In this document: piece by piece, positions 1 through 10,729 of the stretch
Layout of the letters: every line of letters starts with the position of its first letter
Position numbering within the stretch: the first letter of the stretch is position 1
Source of the DNA: Hydrolagus colliei
Taxonomy: Eukaryota
NCBI GenBank assembly: GCA_035084275.1
Contig: CM068744.1
Location: 27,838,001 to 27,902,000, forward strand
Length of the DNA stretch: 64,000 nucleotides
Reading direction: 5' to 3'
The notes under the pieces: generated by a model
Databases searched by the model: none
The model's input: the letters and a program-made list of their open reading frames with translations, nothing else
What the model was told of the DNA's origin: nothing
Translations under genes and position numbers: made by a program

Positions 1-640
1 AACTTGAAGGAAGCACAGGAAAAAGTTACGTGAAGGGAATCTAGAATGGAGTTCTGGAGAGTGCACGCTGTAGCCTGACTCCCGATGATGGGCAGGCAGG
101 GTAGCAGACATGAAGAAGACCAGTACCTGCCATGTAGACAGCAAATGGGTTGGTAGAGTTTTTAAAGAGGGTAGGGTGGGGCAAGACTGTGGAGGGATTT
201 ATGTGAGGACAAGGAGCTTGAACTCAATCCTCTGGGGATGAGGAACCAGTGGAATCAGGTGAGGATGGGATTGGTAGGTGCGCAAAGCTTAGTATAGGAG
301 ATGACTTGAGCTTCAGAGGTCTGGATAGTCTGCAGCTTGTGGAGGGAACCATCAGAATGTCAGGAAAGCAGATAATTGGTTTAGTTTATCCTACATGTGA
401 TGAAGGCATGGATAAGGGTCTCAATGGCTGAGGGGTAAAGTAATGGCAGAGGCACGCAATGTTGGGAAACTGAGGGAAAGCTGAATGGGTTAAAGTATTG
501 CTGTAGGGTTTAATGGACAATTTATAAGAGAGTCAACCAAAACAAGCAGGTTCCATGCTGGCTCCATGCGGTGAGCATTCATGTAGATTGATGCTGTCGG
601 CACCTGAGGTGATAAGGCATTGACAGGAGCCAAGCAATGC
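1..640 (-). mobile_element. Decayed L2-clade LINE ORF2 3' fragment
   Basis: Reverse complement reads ...CCACTGGTTCCTCATCCCCAGAGGATTGAGTTCAAGCTCCTTGTCCTCAC..., homologous to the LHWLP..RIEFKILVL segment of the better-preserved copy at 11.2-11.6 kb; contains stops and frameshifts. Confidence 0.75.
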
Positions 641-1643
641 ACTTGATAAAGATTCTCGGAAAGAGTGCCCCCTCTTTCACGAGATATGGCTCAATCCTGT
701 GGAAGTTTATCACCAGAAAATGTGCCAAGAGTTGCTCATGCTTACGTCAAGTGAGAACTCTATTTTTGAGACAGGAACACAATGACAGAAGCAGCTAAAT
801 ATTACCAATGTGTATCATAAGAAGATAAAAAATAAAATGAGAAAAAGTAATTTTCAAACCAGGTCCTTATAGATCCATGTTCTACCTGCAATAAACTTCT
901 GATAACTTGTCACTCTAAGGGAAAAGGACTCGGTATTGAGTTATCAGATGTGGCGAGTTTGCAATCTGTATAAATACATAAATAAATGCAGCTGGGATTG
1001 ATTTTGACAGCATAATGACATAAGAAATGGGAGTAACAAGTCAAGTCAGGGTTGAATTATCAGGAATTTAATGTATAGATAGATAATTTTCAAACTAGTT
1101 CCTATTATACGCCATGTAAAATCCAGTCTTTCATGGATTTTACCCCATCCATTCCAACTTCTGGGGAAAAGTTCTTGTCAAATAACAAATTATTTTCAAA
1201 TATTGCCATGGGATCTTTAATATTCATTTGAATTGGGAGATGGTTTACTGTTGGTTTAACATATTTTGCAAAGGATGGTATCTCCAACGATGCTTCACTC
1301 ACCCAGCACTGTATTGAAGTGTCAAGCTAAACTCTGAGTTCAAAGTCCTGACATGGGGCTTGGTGCTACCAACTGAGCCAGATTTACAGTTGAAATCAAA
1401 CTATTCTTCAGTTCTCGAAGATAGTAAAAAAAACTGAGATATTTATCCATCCTACAAATAATACTAAAAATTTGTCACTATTTTGAAACTTGAGACAACA
1501 TTTCACCTCCCACCTCGCCAGCTCTAGCCCCAGCAGTATGGAAAGATGGTGTTCCATTCTAACCTTCAGTGCCAAATGAGGATTTTGATCTTATATCCAT
1601 ATTTTCTAGGTTTGCCCCTGTGGTACAATTCATCATCAAAGTA

Positions 1644-2579
1644 CAGTATAAGCCCATTTATCCGTGACCAGATCAACCGTGACTTCCGTATAACCGGTAC
1701 CTCAAAAAAAAGGTCCCCATTCGAATAACCGGATCTTATCCAGCACAATTGGGTGGCGCATTTGTTATCCCTCGTATCGGTATTTTGGAATGCTGCTAGT
1801 TTAGTTTCTGGTGATATATTGATATATCGGTTACATCTATATAATTTTTCATATTGATATGCCGATATTGGAATTTAAAATATATTGATATATCGAAAAA
1901 TTCTGCATTAAAAAAATCGGTATATCGTAAATATTGGTATATTGTGTCTGGCAATATATCGATATTTCGGAATTATCGGTATAGTGAGAACTTTTCCAAC
2001 TTACCTTGTCACCAGCATTGCAAACCTCCTGGGCTTAGAGCACAGAATGAGCACGCACATCCAAATGCGCGTGCACACCGAAATGCGCGCGCACCTCCGA
2101 ATGCGCGCGTACCTCCGAATACGCGCGCATCTCCGAATGCGCGCGCATGCGCAGTATACAAAAACCCGGAAATATCAATATTTTGGTACATATCGACATG
2201 AGCCCACCGATATATCAATTTTGGAAAATTTACATATCGATGGACCCTACTGCTACTAGTGCCTTAAAGTGGCGCTGCCTTTTTTTTCCCTTGCATCGCG
2301 TCCGCCATTGCAGAAGTTATCGATAGACTGTGCACCTGTACCCCAACATCAAACCAGCCATCTACCAGCAAAGGTGATTTTTAGGTGATGTTTTAGGTGA
2401 ATAACAAAGGTCTATTATTATCTGTTATTATTTAGTCTATTATTAATATGGTATGTGTTAAAATAAGTTAACTTTTTTTTTGTGTTGGGTTTTCGGTGTC
2501 GGATATTCGACTGAATATCCGACACCGAAAACCGACATTCACCAGGTCATGAGGGTGTCAGATAAATGGGCTTTCATTG
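1644..2579. mobile_element. Non-autonomous Tc1/mariner-superfamily (Tigger/pogo-like) element
   Basis: Left TIR CAGTATAAGCCCATTTATCCG (1644-1664) vs reverse complement of 2559-2579 CAATGAAAGCCCATTTATCTG (17/21 identical); TA on both flanks (1642-1643, 2580-2581). Confidence 0.75.
1801..2249. mobile_element. hAT-family MITE nested in the Tigger-like element; related to the 3855-5844 element, opposite orientation
   Basis: Right end ...ATATCGATGGACCCTA; near-identical 8-bp flanks CTGCTAGT (1793-1800) and CTGCTACT (2250-2257). 1940-2050 aligns to the reverse complement of about 5600-5710, and it shares the 18-bp GCGC-rich subterminal repeats. Left TIR is degenerate. Confidence 0.7.
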
Positions 2580-3940
2580 TAGTTGCTGATGACAAACCAG
2601 CCTGCCTGGCTCATCAAGGGCAAACCGAGTAGTTAGAGCAGGGATTCTTTCCACTTCCCAGGTAGCAAGCCCATGTGGGGCCCATATGGGCATCACCCGG
2701 ACCATATGGGCATGGATCAACCCATATGTATCCCATATGGGGCCCATATGGGTTAGTCCATATGGGGATCTACTTGGGCTAGCCCATGGGGGTATCATAT
2801 GGGGAAAACCTTGGCAAGCCCATGTATGGAGTGGCCCAAATGGATTTCATATGGGAAAAACCTTGGCAAGCCCATATGGGCAGAAGATATGGAAGGCTTT
2901 CAACAGTCAATTCACTTGATTCACTTTGCAGCACAGAGTATGGTGGAGGTCACATGGTGTGTGTGAGAACTGGGACCAGTCAGTCAGTCAGGCTGTGATT
3001 GCCATGGCAATGGCTGATGTTGTCAGCGGGTGGGCGGGGCTCCTGGTCCCTGCACCTTTTAAGCGGAAACCCCGCAGTTGAATGCATGCAGGTCAGAGTA
3101 AAGGCAGGAGAGACCTATTGTTAAGCAAGTATCTTTTTATGAGAGTACATGACATAACTTAAAAGGTGTCATTTGGCTATGCACAATGTACATTTTGGCA
3201 AGTTCTCAGCCCATGCAGCAAGCAATTAAGAAGGCAAACGGCATGCTAGTGTTCATTTCAAAAGGTTTAGAGTACAAGAGTAGGGAAGTCTTGCTGCAAC
3301 TGTATAGGGCTCTGGTGAGACCGCACCTAGAGTATTGTGTGCAATTTTGGTCTCATTATTTAATAAAGGACATACTTGCCTTAGAGGGGGTGCAGCGTAG
3401 ATTCACTGGGTTAGTTCCTGAGATGAGGGGACTGACCTATGAGGATAGGTTGAATAAACTAGGGCTGTATTCTTAGAAGAATCAGGGGGGATCTTACTGA
3501 AACATATAAGTTTCTAAAAGGGCTAGATAAGGTAGACACTGAGGGACTGTTTCCTCTGGTAGGAGAATCTATAACCAGGGGTCACAGTCTTAAAATTAAG
3601 GGTCAGCCTTTTAGAACAGAGTTGAGGAAACATTTCTTCACTCAGAGGGTAGTGAATTTATGGAATTCACTACCCCAGAAGGCTGTAGATGTTCAGTCCT
3701 TGAACATTTTCAAGGCTGAGACTGATAGATTTTTGAAAAATAGAGGGATTAGGGGATATGGCAGGTAATCAGAGTTAGGTGAAAAGATCAGCCATGATCT
3801 TATTGAATGACGGAGCAGGCTTGAAGGGCCGAATGGCCTACTCCTGCTCCTAATTAGGGAACGGCGATATGGGATTTTTCCGGATATGGATATATCGGTT
3901 TGCTCATACCTGCTTAAACCGATCTATCGAGTTTTTATAC

Positions 3941-4092
3941 TGCGCATGCGCGTGCATTCGAAGTGCGCGTGCATTGATGGCGCGCGCGCATTTATGGTGC
4001 GCGCTCAGTCGCGGTGCGCGCGCATTGACGATGCGTCCGCACTGACGATGCGCGCGCAGTCGCGGTGCACGCACATTTCAAAATGCGTGCTC
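3941..4092. repeat. 18-bp period GCGC-rich subterminal repeats of the hAT element (also 2050-2155, 5540-5605)
   Basis: Units such as GTGCGCGTGCATTGATG and ATGCGCGCGCAGTCGCG recur at about 18-bp spacing. Confidence 0.8.
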
Positions 4093-4153
4093 TAGGTCCA
4101 GAAAGTTTGTAATGTTGGTGTCAAGGTCTGTTGAATTATACAATGTTGTTTGC

Positions 4154-4785
4154 TCCCTACCTCCCCCTCTCCTTCTCTCCCTCCTCTCCTCTCTCCTTCT
4201 CTCCCTCCTTTCCCCCTCTCCTTCTCTCCCTCCTTTCCCCCTCTCCTTCTCTCCCTCCTTTCCCCTCTCCTTCTCTCCCTCCTTTCCCATCTCCTTCTCT
4301 CCCTCCCCCTCCACTCTCCCTCTCTCCTCTCCCTCCTCCCTGTCTCCTCTCCCTCCTTTCCCCCTCTCCTTCTCTCCCTCCCCCTCTCCTTCTCTCCCTC
4401 CCTCTCTCCTTCCCTCCCTCCCTCCCCTCTCTCCTTCTCTCCCTCCCCTCTCTCCTTCTCTCCCTCCCCTCTCNNNNNNNNNNNNNNNNNNNNNNNNNNN
4501 NNNNNNNNNNNNNNNNNNNNNNNNNNNNNNNNNNNNNNNNNNNNNNNNNNNNNNNNNNNNNNNNNNNNNNNNNNNNNNNNNNNNNNNNNNNNNNNNNNNN
4601 NNNNNNNNNNNNNNNNNNNNNNNNNNNNCTTCTCTCCCTCCCTCTCCTCTCTTCCTCTCTCCTTCTCTCCCTCCTTTCCCCTCGCTCCTTCTCTCCCTCC
4701 TTTCCCCCTCTCATTCTCTCCCTCCCTCTCCTCTCTTCCTCTCTCCTTCTCTCCCAACTTTCCCCCTCTCCTTCTCTCCCTCCAT
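4154..4785 (+). repeat. Polypyrimidine minisatellite (about 25-bp unit CCTTCTCTCCCTCCTTTCCCCCTCT)
   Basis: Almost pure C/T tract; contains an assembly gap. Confidence 0.95.
4474..4628. other. Assembly gap (155 N)
   Basis: Run of n characters. Confidence 1.
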
Positions 4786-5084
4786 CTCTAAACACAAAAT
4801 AGAACACACACACCAAAAACAACATCTAGAGATTTATTCTCCTCCATTTCTTGCTTGAAAGTAGCATGTAATGTCCACGTGTAAATGAGATCTATTACAA
4901 TAGAAAAGAGAGAGACAGACAGTCTGACTGTTAGAGTTAGAAGCCAGATTATCACAGCTGTGTGTGTCTGACTAGACACACATATAGAAGCAGTGATAAT
5001 CTGGCTTCTAACTCTCTCACACACAACAATAACACTTACAGCCACAAAATGCCACTTATTTTTATGTAGTCTGAAGTCTGAATT

Positions 5085-5470
5085 AATGTCCTTCGCCATT
5101 GGCAAGCTCTCCTTTGCTATGCAAAAAGTGACAGCGTTCGTGATACTTTGCCACTTTTTGTCCCCTCTCTGGTACAATGTTCTCTTAAATAAAGCAGGAA
5201 TTGTTTGAGCTGCACTGGCCCCACTACCTGTCGCTTTCTCCGAAGCGCTGGTTCGACTTCGTTCTGTTGTCGACAATGATTTCGCTCTGAGGGCAGCGTG
5301 CTGGGCGGGGTGGTGCTGCTTAATGTGATGTCGCAGGTTGCTCGTGCTCGAATCAGATGTCTTAACCAAGACCTTGCAAACTGTACATCTATACACACCA
5401 TTACTGACTGCATTGTTTTCAAAGTAGTCCCATACGGGGCTTCTTTTCCCCTTGATGAGAAAGGTAAATT
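5085..5470 (-). pseudogene. hAT transposase N-terminal relic with BED zinc finger
   Basis: Open frame KRSPVWDYF..YRCTVCKVLV..STSNLRHHIKQHHP (canonical zf-BED) followed by Y..DKKWQSITNAVTFCIAKESLP. No in-frame ATG ahead of the finger, an upstream stop, and no catalytic DDE domain. Confidence 0.88.
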
Positions 5471-8456
5471 TTCAAACTACAATTTTCAGCGATGCGACTT
5501 TGTTAAGACGCCACGACTCACGTCGAGTATACACAGTAAAGTGTGCGTGCGCATCGGATGTGCGCGTCCGTTAATTGAGCGCGCGCACCGAATGTACGCG
5601 CATTCCATGCTCTAGATCTAGGAGGTTGCAATGCCGGCGACAAGGTAAGCTGGAAAAGATCGCATTACACTGATAATACCAACAATATTGATATATTGCC
5701 AGGAACGATATTAAAAATATATCGATGTATATTTTTAAAATCGAATCTCTCGATATAACAGTTTTTTTAGAATCACCATATCGGCATACCGATCTGAAAA
5801 TCATATCGGGTTTAATCGAAAAACCGATTAATCGCCGTTCCCTACTCCTAATTCTTATGTTCTTATGTTCTTATTTGAACACAAACAGCACAACACATCC
5901 AAAAGATTACCCCTGCTATTAAAAACATACACATTATTCTATTGGTTTCTTTCTTTCATTCTTGTGACTTTTATCCAATCAAATTGTTCATTAAATTCTC
6001 TTTTTTGGGTTACTAGAAAAATGGTATATGGTCAAAAAGTTGATTGCACTTATCATCCAATCACAGTTGCTTTTTAAGACACAAAATGCAAGAATAACAG
6101 ATCTTAAGATTCTTAAATCACTGTAAACCATAGCATTTTTTTGAGATTTCTCATGTGTTCCCATGTGAGTAGGATGTTAGTCAGCATCACATTAGCAATA
6201 TATGGTGATGTTTTTTTTCAATTTCATAGAAGAACCCCATATAATGCCCATATGGGATGGCCCATATTCTGCCCATATACTGGTGGCCCACTTAAGCCCC
6301 AGGTGAACCCCATGTAATGCCCATATGGGATAGCCCATATTTCGCCCATATTTTACCCAGATTTGCCCAGATGGGCCCCAGATCTAACACATCTGGGCTG
6401 GCTCATATGGGTACCATATGAATCTTGGGTGCAGAATCCTGTGGGGCCCATATGGGCCACCCCATATGGGATGCATATGGGCTTGCTACCTGGGTTGGCT
6501 CCTGCAACCCAAAGCAAACTTAGGTGCAATACTCTCCAGAATTAGGTAACCTGGTTATAGCCTTCCAGGGAGAGAGTACACGTAACCCTACAGAAACATG
6601 GAGTTTTCCATCTTTCAATGTCATACATGTGCGCAACTCTCAGTCTGATTTGCATATTTTTAAGCATGGTGATGGGTTTCCACATGCATCAGGCACCTGG
6701 TTAACCAAAATAAAAACTAGCTTGGCAACAAAGATCAAACTGATAGTGATATTTAATAAGGGGAGTGAACTCTCATGAATATTCAGTTCCTGAAAGCTCT
6801 TTGGTAATTACATTGAATCATTGGGTTAACGATAGCCAGAAAAACAGAAAAAGAAAGTTTTTGTTGATCACCATTCAGTCGTTCATTGGAAGACATTTTC
6901 CTCATGGACTCAATCTAGTTCAGGCCTGTGTTGACCAATGAACTTGTTAAAACTTAAACTAACCCAAGATTCATCATCTAGAATACTGGAAAAATATAGT
7001 CATGTTAATCTGGATTTATACTGCTGCCTATGTCAATTGTTCATTTTGGAAACCACTTTCAGAATTGAATCAATGACTTAAAACGTCATTCAGTTTTAGC
7101 ATTGATTTGACATGTAAATTGCATCTAATCAACGTAGGAATTTAATAGAAATAGCATATTATACTGGCCTTGATCTTAATTAATGAGTATGATTGGTGAG
7201 AGCTGTGCTGATGTTTGGTGATCTGGGTTTCAGAGTTACATTTACACGTTCGATCCACTTCAGTTTGTTTTTTGGCAGTGTTTCATACCAAGTTCGTCAA
7301 TCGCATGAATGTGCACCATCTCAACTGACACAAAGAAAATCTGAACTGGGTACATAGAAGGTCACAAGTATCTGAGCGATGAGAGCACTACTGTGTAATT
7401 AAGGAGGAAAGCAATTTTCAGGTTGATAGCCCACTGTGAACTGACAGCGGCAGGGTTAAGACTTTAAGACAGAATAAACTATTTAGGATTTTCTATCAAT
7501 AATACTGTAATAACATTTGCATTTAATACAGAGGCTTTCAAAAAGCAAGGACGTCTCAAAAGCGCTTCATGGAATTTACTGTAAATTGTACTGTATGTAT
7601 TTTTTAGGCCAATACACAGGCAATTTGTGCACAGCTACTAAGTCCCACAAACCGTCAATGATGAAGTAAATATTATTTTTGAATTTACACTGAACATAAA
7701 TTCAAACGCATGCCTTCATTTTTTTCTAAACTACTCGTTGATACAGGGGTAACAAATGCTTACATGTACAGTTTACACCTCCATAATATTTGATGTAAAT
7801 AGAGTCGCAACTTGACTATGGTATTGGAAATTGGAAAAACCATAGCATTAAAGTTTGCTATTCAAAGTTAGAAATGTCTTTCTGACCTGTTGAGTCTGGC
7901 ATACATTACAATTTCAAAAGTAACTGTTACCCTTTAAGCAATCTCAGGTCTCATCAAACTCGAATATAAGCACAAAATGGACACTGGCGCAAAGTTTACT
8001 TTTGCAAAGAGTGATGACCGTAGGAGGAGGGGCAGAGGCTGGCTATGTTGCTGAAATCAATCGGTTTGAGGAAACCCTGCTTCCCACCACATCATTACTA
8101 CCAGACAGCAACTCAGATTGGCACAATAGATTGCATTGATGATGGTTGAAGTGATTGAGAATGTTCTCAACAATTCAACATAAATTTTCCTTTATTCCTA
8201 GAAACAGTTCTCTGATTAGTCATGCATTTAAATTTGTTCACTTTTTTTTAGTATAATCAAACTGATGTAATTAGTCAATGTTCAGAAATGCAGGGTTGAT
8301 ATAAATTTATTATTTCAAACCAATGTTTTTGAGTTGAAGTAAGCATTTAGTATCACTTTACACAGGCTTTGGATATTTTTCGTACAGTCAGGCAAACATG
8401 AATGCTAATTTATTCTTCATTAAAACAAAAGTTATAATTATATAATTATTTTTAAT

Positions 8457-8835
8457 GGAGCCCTCAGTGGTTAGAGTCCCTCAGTGGTTAGAGCACTCGC
8501 CTTGCAAATGAGAGACCTGGGTTAGATTCCTGGCAGGACAAAATACTGGGCAAGTTTCCTTACTCCACATTTACTGTTTACCTGGCAGTAAGCAGGGACC
8601 CAGTTGTTAGTCAATTGGCGGATCGCTTTTCTCAGGGTAATAACAACCACCTGCGTTTATATAGTTACATTTATTTCAAAAAATAATATTATAAATTGGT
8701 CACTTCAATCCATGACTGTTTGTGGGACACCGCCCACAAAATATACAGCCAATTCACTTTACAGTATATTCTGTGAAAGTGGTTTGAGACATCTCAAAGA
8801 TGTGTTAAGGTGCCAAATGCAAGGATTATTATTAT
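8457..8835 (+). mobile_element. tRNA-derived SINE, long subfamily
   Basis: A-box/B-box head CTCAGTGGTTAGAGCACTCGCCTTGCAA..GGGTTAGATTCC, shared body, tail CAAATGCAAGGA(TTA)n. Confidence 0.88.
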
Positions 8836-9711
8836 TTTTAATACAGGTAGCTTTTGTATTCATGAATAAAATGAGTTTCACCTGGGTTCAGTTTTATTCT
8901 ATTTGCCGAATTCTTCAATTCAGTCTTCATTTTGAAGCCTTTATTTTTAACTGCTTTTAAGAAGAATAGAAAGCTTGCTTCAAAGTTAAGACCGAATAGA
9001 ATTATTTGTCAAATTGTGGAGGCTCCACCATTTGGACCTCTGTGGCATTCCTCTCCAGATGAAGAAATCTAAGTGATGTATTAAGTGTATCGACAGTATA
9101 AAAATGACATTTGATGCAATGCATTTTACTTGAGGAGGATGTCTCAAAGAGTTTCGCAGGATTCCCTGTAGACATATTGCCATGGCTGTGTGTTTTTGCA
9201 GGCGAATATTGTGGCCATAAGCAGCACATTAAATTAATGACCTTTTTTGGAGGATTGTTAGCCACAAAACAGGAAGAACCTTTCTTTTTGAAATAGTGCC
9301 GTGGGATCTTTAATATCCACTTAAACAGGCAGATGATAAAAAAATAATGAGTTGATTGTCCGGCTGAGAGATTGCCATGCATACATCTTGTTGTAGTTTA
9401 TTCACATTTGGATGCTATTTTTGAGCACTCCAAATATTAAGAGAGCTCCTATTGCATCTTACTATTGCTCCATCCACAACCATGTAAAATTTACCTTATT
9501 GTACATTTCTCACAATATTGTAGACTTGGGCTATGTCTCCCTAAAATCTCAAAGTTCAGCTTTGTGACAGATGAGTTCACATCTTCTATAAACATTATTA
9601 CCAATGGGAACCCTATTGTGTAGCTTATCTTGCTCCAGGGGTACAAAGAGATTACATGGAGAATATGCATGTTTATCATGACTTGTTTTTCCCATCCACT
9701 TCCTTCCACAG

Positions 9712-9865
9712 AGAATGCGAATAGGGAAACAAGCAAGACATATGCATGATAAAATGCCGCCTCGTCATAGCCAATATGGCTCCATTCTGATGACTTTCAG
9801 ACACAAGGCATTGAGTGTGGATGAAGATTATGACTCAGGCCTTCACAGCGATTCATCAGTAAAAG
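9712..9865 (+). other. Candidate internal exon (154 nt, open frame RMRIG..DEDYDSGLHSDSSVK)
   Basis: Pyrimidine-rich acceptor TTTTTCCCATCCACTTCCTTCCACAG and donor AAG|GTGAG; no recognisable homology. Confidence 0.2.
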
Positions 9866-10729
9866 GTGAGCTGCTTAAACCAAGCTTAATTTGCTTATGC
9901 TTATACTGAAAATGATTGGTTTTTAAAGTTAATGCACTATTGACTTGAAAGACGTTTCATTTTCAGATGTGAAACTTTTTCATCTGGTCAGATTGTAAAT
10001 CTACCAAACAGAAGATTATCTCTGAATGTGCACAAGAGTTTTATTTATTGTTTGTTTCTTAGAAACTAACCCAAGTTTTTGACTTGACAAGTTGAACCAA
10101 TTTTATCAGAATGAAATATTTTGTCTGCTAGTCCAGGAAGACTTTCTTTAAAGTGATGAAATCATTCAAAAACTTTATCCAATTTTCTTTTCTACTGAAG
10201 TGTAAGACTAGTATTGGTGAGTAAACGATGTGTAAACCAACACAATTTATGATGTTATAATGGTTGATAACTCAAGGATGTTAGTTTTGCACTGTATAGG
10301 TTTTTCTATGGATGTCTTGTACAATGTATTCCAAATAAATTAGAGCTTTAGAAATTAGTGATCACAGCTGAAACACAGTAACTCTGAACAACAACAGCCA
10401 TAACAACAAAATTTAATTTGTATAGCACCTTTCATGGAGGGAGAATGTCCCAAGCCGCTGGATGATTCTGAGAAAAAGTAATATTATAAAACAGTCTGCC
10501 TTCTATTCATTGACGTCAGGGAGTTTCCAGGTGCGAATCCTTAACTGTCCTGTGAATTTGGGTCATCCTCTCCAAATGAAAGGTGCTATACAAATGTAAT
10601 TTATTGTTGTTGGTATTTGTATGGAAGTTTTGTTTAAAAAAACATGGTGATTATTCTTACTAGTTGGTGAGTTAACAAATCGACATCAACTCAAGATTAT
10701 TACCAGAAACGTAGGGGGTGCTGGAAGAA

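Larger units (their letters stand above)
3855..5844 (-). mobile_element. Internally deleted hAT DNA transposon
   Basis: Perfect 14-bp TIR TAGGGAACGGCGAT / ATCGCCGTTCCCTA; perfect 8-bp TSD CTCCTAAT (3847-3854, 5845-5852); carries a BED zinc-finger transposase relic. Confidence 0.93.
3213..5873 (+). mobile_element. 5'-truncated CR1 LINE (ORF2 C-terminus, 3'UTR, 8-bp tail), split by the hAT insertion
   Basis: Translates QQAIKKANGML..LYRALVRPHLEYCVQFWS..LEGVQRRFT..YEDRLNKLGLYS, typical CR1 ORF2 C-terminus. The 3' end GGGCCGAATGGCCTACTCCTGCTCCTAAT resumes at 5853 as (TTCTTATG)n. Confidence 0.92.
2657..6494. mobile_element. Non-autonomous CACTA/EnSpm-like element (CCC-start type), interrupted by CR1 and hAT insertions
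   Basis: 34-bp TIR CCCAGGTAGCAAGCCCATgTGgggCCCATATGGG with 4 mismatches (first 18 bp perfect); TT on both flanks (2655-2656, 6495-6496); both subterminal regions (2670-2880, 6235-6480) packed with the palindrome CCCATATGGG. Superfamily is inferred from the 2-bp TSD and subterminal arrays. Confidence 0.8.

Noticed and set aside
2670-2880. CRISPR-like array (CCCATATGGG repeats; also the 18-bp GC repeats)
   Set aside because: No constant repeat-spacer period, no cas genes, vertebrate context; explained as transposon subterminal repeats.
4078-4858. Six overlapping long ORFs (up to 248 aa)
   Set aside because: Artefacts of the C/T minisatellite and N gap; low-complexity translations.
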